Position numbers and translations under genes: made by a program. A stretch of 64,000 bases of DNA from Polyangia bacterium (lineage in GTDB: Bacteria > Myxococcota_A > Polyangia > JAAYKL01), in assembly GCA_050287845.1 (NCBI GenBank), contig JBNKCR010000026.1, positions 1 to 64,000 of the forward strand, read 5' to 3'. Within the stretch, counting starts at the first letter, position 1, and each line of letters starts with the position of its first letter. Below the pieces are notes generated by a model, which did no database searches, had not been told where the DNA came from, and saw only the letters and a program-made list of their open reading frames with translations. This document shows, piece by piece, positions 50,801-59,059 of the stretch.

Positions 50801-52824
50801 ACGAAACGGAACTGAAAAATAAAACTATCGAATCCAAATATCTGCACCTGTCGCGGTCTACAGTAATCAATGCCACGTTGCAGCATCCGCTTTCCCCCAA
50901 TGACATCTACCTGCTGATGGACGGTATTCACTTGAATCAGAAGTCCGTCGGGTATTTCCTTGAAAAAGCAAACCTCGACGTAACTTCATTGCAGGTAAAA
51001 AAGACCGTGAGGAATTATTTCAAATCCATAGATAGCATTCCGGTATGGAAGGATTTGACAAAACTGTCTGAATTGCTGACCGAACTGTCCGCAGCAATTC
51101 ATTCGGCCAATGAGGAATCCCGCCATCTACTGAAGCAATACTTGCAGGACAATGGCATGTTCGAAAATACCAGAATCGTCTTTGCAGATGTGGGGTGGTT
51201 GTTGAACATTCAATCCAGAATTTGCGCATTCCTGAAGCAACACGGCGCGCCTGGAACTATCATTGGCAGCTATGTGGGCTCAAGATCTCGTGAGTCCAAA
51301 GGAATTTTGCGTCATTGCCTGCTTTATGCGGGCGGCGAGCCCAAACACTATGCTATGCCATTTGAAAAAAATATTACCCTTGCTGAACTGCTCTTCTCGG
51401 CACCGGAGGCCCCTGCGTTATCTCTTGGCAACGAAGACGGCTCTGTTGCAATCAATTTTGCCAAAAATAACGAGTTCGATGACCGTTCAGAATTTGTGAT
51501 TGCCCAGAAACTTCATTATGGCGCAGAGAAATTCATTCAATGGTTCTGCGAAAACTACGATTCTGTAATGCTGGAGCAGCCTCCCAGGGACTTTTTTGCT
51601 GGCATCTTTGATGCCCTTCTGCATACAACCAACCAAAATGTTCGAGCGGAATTGTCAAATCTGAGCATTCTGCTTGGTGGTGGTCATGAATTCGAAACCA
51701 GGCAATCACTCCTGGCTTCACCCACGGGCGTTCGATACGTTCATCGGTCTCATCCCGAATATTTCGATCCGATTATTTACGAAGGCGCTGCCTACCGAAA
51801 AGTGACGATCGTCACATCAGCGGGTCTGGACAATGGCTCCACCCGTTATCGGGCACTGAATCTCGCCGAGCGCTTATCTGAGCATGGTATTCAGGCCACT
51901 GTAATCCATTCTGAAACACCGCCATTGCTGGCTCAGCGACATATCGACGAGTCTCAATGTGTGGTTTTCCAACGCTGTTTTCAGGATCAGGGGAATGTGG
52001 GCCAATTCCTCTCACATGTGAAGTCCACCAGCAAGCGATGCCTGATGGACATGGATGATCTGGTGTTTCCGGACACTGTTTCAGTAATTGGTTCCGTAAA
52101 AGGGGGGCAATGGCCGTTGCGGCACGCTGAAAAAATTGCCCGTCTCTATGAAGGAATGCTGGTCGAAATGGACGGTTGTTTTGTATCCACCCCCGCGATA
52201 CAGGCATTTATTGAAGAAAAATACAACCTACCCTGCCAAGTCGTGCGCAACAGAGTCTCTCGCACATATTTGCACCCACCCCGTATTGTACCCCCCACGG
52301 GGTCACTTAAAGTGATTTATGCGTCCGGTACTATGTCGCACCGGGAGGATTTTTTAGTCGTTGGCAATCAGTTGTACGAATTCTTCTCAAAACATACAAA
52401 CGCATCTTTAACGATTCTTGGCGCAACCCAGGTATCAGCGCAGATTCTCTCACTACCTACTGTCAAAAACTATCCGGTACTTCCATATGATGAAATGCTG
52501 AGTTGCATTGCTGAACACGATTTGATGATCGTTCCATTGGAAGACAATATCTTCAATCACGCAAAATCCGCTGTTAAATTTGTTGAATGTGCAGCAGTGA
52601 ATGTTCCGGTACTGGCGTCAAAAGTCAGCGAATTTGAGTTGCACATTGACCACATGAAAAATGGTCTTCTGGCGCAGACCGAAGATGAATGGAGAGAGCT
52701 GTTGCAGTGGGCATTGGCACATCCGGCAGAGTTGAAGAAGATGGGTGTGAACGCTTGTTCAAGTTGTTCCCAACAGCCCCTCTCTCAGTACAACGATACA
52801 GCACTGACGAAATTTATCATTTGA
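47893..52824 (+). CDS. Multidomain capsule polymerase-like protein: 6 N-terminal repeats, GT-B, HAD phosphatase plus PRTase-like module, second GT-B
   Basis: FDxxYY…PxxH…G…P repeats; VSHEA.QTGAP…RKGFDLF…REDP.PLVCLEA; SFDIFDTL…SDMYL…HIGDN; ARDG…DVGW; STRYRA…DMDDL…KSAVKF.E. Confidence 0.82.
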   Translation: MFKPSFIFQRKKPRRPGKKEIQKSIAILEKSGLFDEAYYLSEYPDVEQANVKAVRHFLLYGGFEGRNPNPYFDSTLYLSQFPRLEKKRINPLLDFIESRKKNVTAYKRINIIRKSGLFDSDFYLDNNPGLKNYPIDPIEHFYFFGAYTGCDPNPNFNTSVYLTHHRQVKKSGINPLYHCIVEGSQDHNAINSSYTNLSSAITPAIRKDIACITESELFDAEYYAAANLKNIPEKIDPILHFCVYGWKEGRNPNREFDTNFYLSEYPDVDDVGINPFVHWIKKGRSEGRLTNEIRIYPPTKPRVNSPSLIFVSHEATQTGAPAVLLTLMRWLKENTQINFSIVVGRSGPWNYKFEEMAPTFFIDLECENRETKLRTFCGDHVKAVYLNTIVAGEFVKHFHFLNAEFVTHIHEMENVFKIFEIHVDVIKNICTKYIAVSEGSVESISKRVPSGSADILLLRPFIEPKRKPGKPIPKPSEKKAIFGCGPTELRKGFDLFCQVASQLKADGRNDFHMYWIGSGTQTDLNADEVIESSNVADVVSFLGPKKYPRDYFEWGSIFLLTSREDPHPLVCLEAAECGMPIVCFDDQAGSIHTFVEEDAGKVTPYLDIDRMTEAVTHYLDDDTARVAAGQAGRKKVLDKYYVNNAAPQILSFLPSSVFESFDTGDEIENLKVLIDKYNAISFDIFDTLVVRKVTDPNIAFDIVERKLSKNEPVPIPFHQERMSTAGRVLGSYKGKRDDVSLTEIYQQMPFHKDPSVERETEMALCTAHPTGIQLFRYAQEKNKTIFLTSDMYLDKETVTSILKNTGIEGWAGLLLSSDMGKKKDTGRLYIELVRHAAKQKVSKDKILHIGDNWKGDVEYARKAGIACARFTPLYDRDYQLCPLTDKARSEMSQTGRIWESFCSQAARHWLEERPHMLPEIFIRLGYELTGPMAMMSAIHTHDIAKLYGAEQIVFMARDGRIIKKAFDRLYETELKNKTIESKYLHLSRSTVINATLQHPLSPNDIYLLMDGIHLNQKSVGYFLEKANLDVTSLQVKKTVRNYFKSIDSIPVWKDLTKLSELLTELSAAIHSANEESRHLLKQYLQDNGMFENTRIVFADVGWLLNIQSRICAFLKQHGAPGTIIGSYVGSRSRESKGILRHCLLYAGGEPKHYAMPFEKNITLAELLFSAPEAPALSLGNEDGSVAINFAKNNEFDDRSEFVIAQKLHYGAEKFIQWFCENYDSVMLEQPPRDFFAGIFDALLHTTNQNVRAELSNLSILLGGGHEFETRQSLLASPTGVRYVHRSHPEYFDPIIYEGAAYRKVTIVTSAGLDNGSTRYRALNLAERLSEHGIQATVIHSETPPLLAQRHIDESQCVVFQRCFQDQGNVGQFLSHVKSTSKRCLMDMDDLVFPDTVSVIGSVKGGQWPLRHAEKIARLYEGMLVEMDGCFVSTPAIQAFIEEKYNLPCQVVRNRVSRTYLHPPRIVPPTGSLKVIYASGTMSHREDFLVVGNQLYEFFSKHTNASLTILGATQVSAQILSLPTVKNYPVLPYDEMLSCIAEHDLMIVPLEDNIFNHAKSAVKFVECAAVNVPVLASKVSEFELHIDHMKNGLLAQTEDEWRELLQWALAHPAELKKMGVNACSSCSQQPLSQYNDTALTKFII

Positions 52825-52835
52825 GAGTATATTTA

Positions 52836-54392
52836 ATGAAACCTAAAAAACTATTCATTCATATAGGAATGCCCAAAACGGGTAGCAGTGCCATTCAAGC
52901 CTTGCTTGCTTTAAATCCTGACTATTTACGACAACAACATTTTGAATTTCCATGGCCTCCGAAGTTTGGTCAGGCATATCAGACCAGTGCCGGGAATGCA
53001 GCCCATTTGCATGAATGGATTGTGCAATCAGGAGCCGAACGGTTCAACAAAGCGATTAGTAATCTGGATTCATCAAAAGTTGTGTTATCATCGGAGATAC
53101 TCTTTCACACCGTCCGTTTGCATCCTGAAAAATTTTCGACTTTTTTCAGCTCCTATGATGTTAAAGTCATCTGCTATATAAGAAAAATGGACGATTTTCT
53201 TGAAAGCTGTGTCAATCAGCTTGTGAAGAACCACGGGTTAATCGACTATTCCAATTTAAGTCCAATTATCAAGGAACATGATTACGCTACAACGCTCTTG
53301 AATCTGGTCCAGCACATGGCCCCTGAAAGAATAGAGATACGCAAGTATGATAGAGATACTTTTGTTGGCGGGAATATCTATTCTGATTTTGCTGCCAGCA
53401 TAGGCCTGGACCTCAATTCCAATAATAAGGAAATAAATTGGCCAGGAAAAGTGATTAACCCATCCTTCGATTTTAATACCTTCCAATTCCGACGCCTATT
53501 GAATGACGCGCAATTCGATATCAACGACAACGAATTGCGTTACCAAACCAATGGAATTTTAGCAGAGTTCAGCGTTCAAGCAGATGAATTGAAAGTACCA
53601 TTCATAGAGTACAGCGAAAAAGAAAACATTTTGAAGGAATTTTCAAAAAAGGAAATAGAACTCAGCAAGATGTTCCGAGGAGTGAGCGAAACGTACTTTT
53701 CAACCAAGCCTACTTCTGCGGGATCACCTCCGAAAGAATACTCACCGGAAAGCATTGGAGAAATACTGCGCTTTGTGTATCGAAGGAACCCAGATACTTT
53801 TTTCAAAATTCTAGATGGCACAATCGCGTCATTCAACAATAATCGGGCGAATCAACTCATGGTTGCTATCCGAACGAAATTCTTGCCCACTTTTTTCTCG
53901 GAGGATCACTCTAAGGAGGAACAAGCGAGGGTCCTTGCCTACATAACAAGTATACTTCCGCCAGTGCTTCTCATAACCGGAGACAATTTCCACCGTCTTA
54001 TTCACCGGAAGAGCAAAGATATTGCTGGCATATCTCGAACTTTTTCTTCCGGATTCATTGTGGAAGCAAATGCTGAAGATCCGTACTTTTCCATTGCGCC
54101 AGTCCGACCCTCAGAAACAGATTTCTATGTTGTCAAGATATGTGTGTCCGTTACTCACGACACCACGTTGCAGCTGTTTTATCAAACTCACGAGCAACGC
54201 ACATTCACCAGATTTTGCTCAGAGCTGCGAAAGATTCAAATTGGATATAATGAGGTCAGTGTTGTGATATCCAATAAGCAGTTCAATGGTAACATCAGAA
54301 TTGACCCCGGTATGCATCAAGGGGAATACATTTTTCATAGTATTGCTGTGTTCGCAGAAACCGACACCTCATCGCGCATAGAGGAAATCTAA
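52836..54392 (+). CDS. Sulfotransferase-like P-loop protein with a C-terminal beta-sandwich-like domain
   Basis: IHIGMPKTGSSAIQ, LSSE, YIR…ES..NQ.VK; C-terminal QLFY…IRIDP. Confidence 0.6.
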   Translation: MKPKKLFIHIGMPKTGSSAIQALLALNPDYLRQQHFEFPWPPKFGQAYQTSAGNAAHLHEWIVQSGAERFNKAISNLDSSKVVLSSEILFHTVRLHPEKFSTFFSSYDVKVICYIRKMDDFLESCVNQLVKNHGLIDYSNLSPIIKEHDYATTLLNLVQHMAPERIEIRKYDRDTFVGGNIYSDFAASIGLDLNSNNKEINWPGKVINPSFDFNTFQFRRLLNDAQFDINDNELRYQTNGILAEFSVQADELKVPFIEYSEKENILKEFSKKEIELSKMFRGVSETYFSTKPTSAGSPPKEYSPESIGEILRFVYRRNPDTFFKILDGTIASFNNNRANQLMVAIRTKFLPTFFSEDHSKEEQARVLAYITSILPPVLLITGDNFHRLIHRKSKDIAGISRTFSSGFIVEANAEDPYFSIAPVRPSETDFYVVKICVSVTHDTTLQLFYQTHEQRTFTRFCSELRKIQIGYNEVSVVISNKQFNGNIRIDPGMHQGEYIFHSIAVFAETDTSSRIEEI

Positions 54393-54548
54393 CCTATTTA
54401 CGAATAAAGATCGCTTTCATCAGTGGTGTGAAAGAATCTGTTGTGCGCCAGTTGCTTTTCACTTTCTTGTATACAAAGATCAAGCGCTGAACAGATGCAC
54501 ACAAAATGCCGAGGGATACTGCTGACTTGTAGTGACCAAAAATTTATT

Positions 54549-55499
54549 TCAAAAAAAAAGAAGCTTCTTTCCAAACAATCGAAATTTGCGGATCAATTCA
54601 TTTTGACTTTCCTTTTTAACAATCTGCCTACGTTCCTTGCTGTACTGCTCACATTTTTTACCCACAAAAACTCGGCCAGCGTCAAGTTTCCTCGCCTCAT
54701 CCATAATAATTTTCGCAGTATGCAGATCACCTTTTTTTTCGAAACATAATGCTGTTCTGCACATGATATCAACTGGCTCGTCTCCTGAAAAGGCCCTGAG
54801 ATAAAAGAATGGCGATACTTTCATATATTTTCCCAATATCTCGAACCATCGATCTTTATCCCCCGCATCAACTGCTTTTTCATAAGAGTTAAAAAAACTT
54901 ACATCTTCAACGAATAGTCTCGAGTGTCTGTATTCCAGCTTCTGGTCTGGTGTTTTAACAAGAAGAAAACTGAAATCCAAGCCTGGATATTTTTGTTCAA
55001 CAACATGAATAAATCGCTCGATTGGCTCAAAATCTCCCCTATTCGATTTGTACACAAAAAGGACCTTCTGGTTGCCAGTCAACTGCTTCTTAAATCTTTC
55101 GACAAGATAAGAAATCTTTGAATACTCTTTCTGATAATCTTCTGAGTAGTTTTCCGAATCGACTTCAAAACCATTTTCCGTTTGGCGAATAGCAAACTTC
55201 ACATGAAAGCCAATTGAATACCTGCGGCAGGTCACGCCACGAATAGACGTCGGAAAGACATCTTTAAAAAAACCCTCAAAGTCATTTTCGATTAGAGAAA
55301 CAACGTTCGACAATCTGCTGGCTGCATATCGGAAAAGCGATCCTTTTACAAAACCAGCCCTTGTTAGTTGTGCTCCCAACTCGCAGTTGTCGCCAACAGG
55401 AATAATGATTTCGTGTGTACCGGTATTTGATAGTATATTCTGTATAATTAATTTTCTTGGATAACTATAGCACATTGATTTCACCCATGTATTTGGCAT
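54549..55499 (-). CDS. DUF1796-like (putative papain-like) protein; start uncertain
   Basis: IPVGDNCE…L, SLF, F.GF, YL.ERF…LFV pattern. Confidence 0.5.
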   Translation of the reverse strand: MPNTWVKSMCYSYPRKLIIQNILSNTGTHEIIIPVGDNCELGAQLTRAGFVKGSLFRYAASRLSNVVSLIENDFEGFFKDVFPTSIRGVTCRRYSIGFHVKFAIRQTENGFEVDSENYSEDYQKEYSKISYLVERFKKQLTGNQKVLFVYKSNRGDFEPIERFIHVVEQKYPGLDFSFLLVKTPDQKLEYRHSRLFVEDVSFFNSYEKAVDAGDKDRWFEILGKYMKVSPFFYLRAFSGDEPVDIMCRTALCFEKKGDLHTAKIIMDEARKLDAGRVFVGKKCEQYSKERRQIVKKESQNELIRKFRLFGKKLLFF

Positions 55500-56342
55500 T
55501 TGCGAAAAGAATTAACAGGATTCCACATCAGTGCCAACATCCAAAAAAGTAACCGCCAAAAATTTTAACATCCTGCTTCTCGGGGGGCTAATGCCTGAGT
55601 CGGCACTTTCGCACAACCGAATTTCTTTACATGTTTTCCTGTGGCTTCATCATATAGCCAGTACAAATGCTCAACCGAATCCAGACTCTGCATTGGATTT
55701 TCGATGTGAAATCCGTGGTGTCGTTTATCGATATTATATGTCTTCAGGTCTTTCCAATGTGAATAACACATAACATCAATGGGGGGAACTCTCATATTTA
55801 CAAATGTCTGCACACCAAAGTCGAACATAAGCCAGGCAACTTTTCCGGCAGGGACACATTGGTCATGTAGCTTTCCGTGAGCAACCAGTTACACATATTT
55901 CTCAATAACTCCGTGTCTGTTTCATATCTGCACTCACACGAATGATTACACACCGCCGCAGGTCTCCATCGTCATCCGGACTTGCCTTTCCATATCGACC
56001 TTCTTTTCAAATCCTCGACAATTCCAGCATCATCCAGCGTCTCTCCATATTCCATTTCACCTCTCAATCAGTGTTGGCCACGAAAGCCCGCACTTGCCGT
56101 CCCGCATCACTTTCCCATTTCTTCTTTCCTGTCACTTTGATACATGACGTTTTCACTGGATCTATGGACTCAAGAAGAGTATAAAATTCTACTTTAATAA
56201 CGAGTTAGATCGAAGCAATCGCACATTCGGATGACATATAGAATTTATCCGTTTCAAATGGAGAAAATTGAAATCCCCCTTGGGGCACATTCGATACTCA
56301 AAGAAGTTCCTCACCCCATAAAATAGATACAGGAGATATTTG

Positions 56343-56996
56343 ATGTTAACAAAAGATGTAATGAATGGCATTGCTACTGAGCTTAGATTTTGGAAATGGT
56401 TTGTTCAACAGAAAAATTTCATTGAAGGATGGATACCGAGTGACCGCAAAACTCCTGACCTCAGGCCAGAGATATACAATTATTTTTTAGGTCTTGATAA
56501 TATTAAGAACTTAAAAGTTCTTGATATTGGCTCAGGTGTGATTTCCGTATTGAATGGAACCTTCCCCTTAAAAAATATTACTACTGTTGATCCGCTGGGC
56601 GCGCTCTATTCGATTATTTTTGATTATGAACGATATGGTCATACTCCTCCAATATCTTGCGGCGGCGAAGAGATCGATTTCGAGGCATCTTTCGATATCG
56701 TACATATCAGCAACGCAATAGATCACTCTCAGAATCCATCTGAAGTATTTCGGCGAATGAAAATAGCGTGTAAACCAGAAGGATTAATTGTTGTACAAGG
56801 CTTCGTGAACGAAGCTATAGAAGAAAACTGGCGGGGATTTCATCAATGGAACTTTCAAATGAAACCAACTGGCCAGGTCGTATACAGCGGACGAGATATG
56901 AACGAAATATATCTTGACGGTGGCTTGCAGGTATTTACCGCCCTTAGCTCCCTTTCTAAAAAGGATTGGTTTATCAGTGTATGGAAAAATATTTAA
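56343..56996 (+). CDS. Class I SAM-dependent methyltransferase
   Basis: VLDIGSG, VDPL, SFDIV..SNAIDH, KPEG; RBS AGGAG. Confidence 0.85.
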   Translation: MLTKDVMNGIATELRFWKWFVQQKNFIEGWIPSDRKTPDLRPEIYNYFLGLDNIKNLKVLDIGSGVISVLNGTFPLKNITTVDPLGALYSIIFDYERYGHTPPISCGGEEIDFEASFDIVHISNAIDHSQNPSEVFRRMKIACKPEGLIVVQGFVNEAIEENWRGFHQWNFQMKPTGQVVYSGRDMNEIYLDGGLQVFTALSSLSKKDWFISVWKNI

Positions 56997-57211
56997 TTCT
57001 TCCACAATTTTGAGGTGATGCCCGTGACCTTCTTGTCGTAATCTTTGCTTTCTCATCGTCTCAGTTCTATGAAATCAGGGCACGACCATATGAAAATTTT
57101 CGAGTTGGAATAAAGGTATCAAGCTGAACTGCTTCTTTTGAACGGCGTATTGTCGAATCCATCATGGAAATTGTCGATCAAATGTAACATCGTCAACAAA
57201 CAGAAACCCGG

Positions 57212-58489
57212 TCACTCATCCCCTCCAGAAACGATGCTCTTTTTCATGCAACTAATGCTCGTCACAAGCTGTCCAGTTGCTTTATCGTAAAGTTTGTACT
57301 CGTGTTCTCTGCAATCCAGAAATTCAGATGGAATTTGAATAAAAAATCCATGGTTTCCCTGGTTTATTTTGTGGGGGATCAAATCATCCCGATGTGTATG
57401 ACACATCACGTCAATATGATAATGGTCATCTATTATAACTTTTGCCTCCCTTGGGTGCACGTCGCCACGGATAGCTAGCCACCCGTTTAACATTCCAACG
57501 GATGGATCATCCACGGTACAAATGTCTCCTTCAATCTTACCGTCCACCTTCCGTGCAGACTCAATGGCATCAAAGTACTGTTTGAATGCAAGCATCCGGG
57601 TCTCATGATCGGAAGAGACCTTCTGAAAGGAAGGAATCTTTTCCTGGTTTCGCCAAATCAACAGGATTTTCTTTTCGTCAGATAACGTCATCGACCCAAA
57701 TATCCGCTCAAGCGCGTGCTCCGGTTTTTCATCGTTCTCTCCCGTTTCGGGTTCGAACTCCAGATTCACCAGACGTTCAGCAAAGGGGAAGCTACTCGGT
57801 CGTATCCAGAACATAGACCCCATAAAAAAACCATCATGTCCATGTGAAAACCTGGGTACTGAATATGATTTGCATATTTTCTCAATATTGGGACCATTGT
57901 TCCCTATAAAAAGTGGATGAGGGGCATACAGAAGCTCGTTGCCGGCAATGGCCACATTCGGATCACGCTGGAACTCTTGAACCATCGCTGCAATTTCGTT
58001 GCGAGTGCCGAATATTCCATCCAGAAGTAAATCCTTCCATGCTTCGGCATAATCCGGATCACCCTTTTTAGTATGCACTTTACAGCACAATTCATATTTA
58101 CTAATCAACGGCCAATTTTTTACAAATGGCGCCATATCCCTTCCCCTATTTTCACAAAAATCTATCCTGGCATTCGGGAAAGCAGACCTCACCGTTCTGA
58201 CCGCAGGACTGTTTTCATGAAGGGGCGTCGTCACCAGCACATCGTATGGAGCAGGGATATTCTGAATTCCCTGAATACATTCACTTATGACGTCATTGTG
58301 AAAAACGTGAAAAACAACCAGAACTTTAAGCGTGTGTTTAAGCTTCTTCTCTACATATCCGATGTTGTATGCAAGTATTTTGTCAAGGATGGGATTTTCC
58401 GCAATGGCCTTTTTATAATATTCCAGAGCCAGTCCGTACCGATGTTCATTGAATGCACCATTTCCCCTTTTCAAATATGACTGTCTCAA
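57212..58489 (-). CDS. RgpF (rhamnan synthesis F)-family protein with an N-terminal TPR-like segment
   Basis: HVFH, NRGRDMAPF, KVHTKK, GSMFW, HALER. Confidence 0.8.
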   Translation of the reverse strand: MRQSYLKRGNGAFNEHRYGLALEYYKKAIAENPILDKILAYNIGYVEKKLKHTLKVLVVFHVFHNDVISECIQGIQNIPAPYDVLVTTPLHENSPAVRTVRSAFPNARIDFCENRGRDMAPFVKNWPLISKYELCCKVHTKKGDPDYAEAWKDLLLDGIFGTRNEIAAMVQEFQRDPNVAIAGNELLYAPHPLFIGNNGPNIEKICKSYSVPRFSHGHDGFFMGSMFWIRPSSFPFAERLVNLEFEPETGENDEKPEHALERIFGSMTLSDEKKILLIWRNQEKIPSFQKVSSDHETRMLAFKQYFDAIESARKVDGKIEGDICTVDDPSVGMLNGWLAIRGDVHPREAKVIIDDHYHIDVMCHTHRDDLIPHKINQGNHGFFIQIPSEFLDCREHEYKLYDKATGQLVTSISCMKKSIVSGGDE

Positions 58490-58509
58490 TCTATTTTCCT
58501 CAAAGGTGC

Positions 58510-58968
58510 CTATAGTGATTCAGATACAATTTTCAGCGCATTCTCCAATAGATTTTTCAATGCAATCCTATCCGATTCACGCTCAGTAAATAACATCTCT
58601 TTTAAAGAAGTTGTCGAGATGTCCTTCGTCCGGGGGAGATATACAACCTCACAATGTGCTTGCAAAAAATCAAATTTCCCAGCCCAGTCGTCTCCCATTG
58701 CAAATGTACTGACATTATGTCGTTGAATATCATCAATTTTTTGTTCCCACGTGTCTTCAGGTATTACTTTATCAACATATCGAATACTCTCCAGTATCGT
58801 CTTTCTATGGTTGTAAGGTATAATCGTCTTTTTTCCTTTTACAGTATTGAATTCATCTGTCGACAATCCAACAATAAGATTGTCTCCGAGCGCTCGAGTA
58901 CGCTTCAACAAATTTACATGACCAATGTGAAACAGGTCAAATGTTCCATAGGTTAGTATTGTCTTCAT
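58510..58968 (-). CDS. tagD: Glycerol-3-phosphate cytidylyltransferase
   Basis: TYGTFDLFHIGH, STDEFN..KGK, WEQK, MGDDW.GKFD, RT.DISTT. Confidence 0.92.
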   Translation of the reverse strand: MKTILTYGTFDLFHIGHVNLLKRTRALGDNLIVGLSTDEFNTVKGKKTIIPYNHRKTILESIRYVDKVIPEDTWEQKIDDIQRHNVSTFAMGDDWAGKFDFLQAHCEVVYLPRTKDISTTSLKEMLFTERESDRIALKNLLENALKIVSESL

Positions 58969-59059
58969 ACTGAAAATACCTTTCTAAAAGTAACCTGCTG
59001 AAAAATAGTTCATTGTGCCTGCAATACGATTTTCCGCTCGATGACATTTATGGCGAAAA

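Noticed and set aside
55565..55828. 87-aa ORF as a gene or transposase fragment
   Set aside because: No motif I can recognise; kept only as part of the eroded gap.
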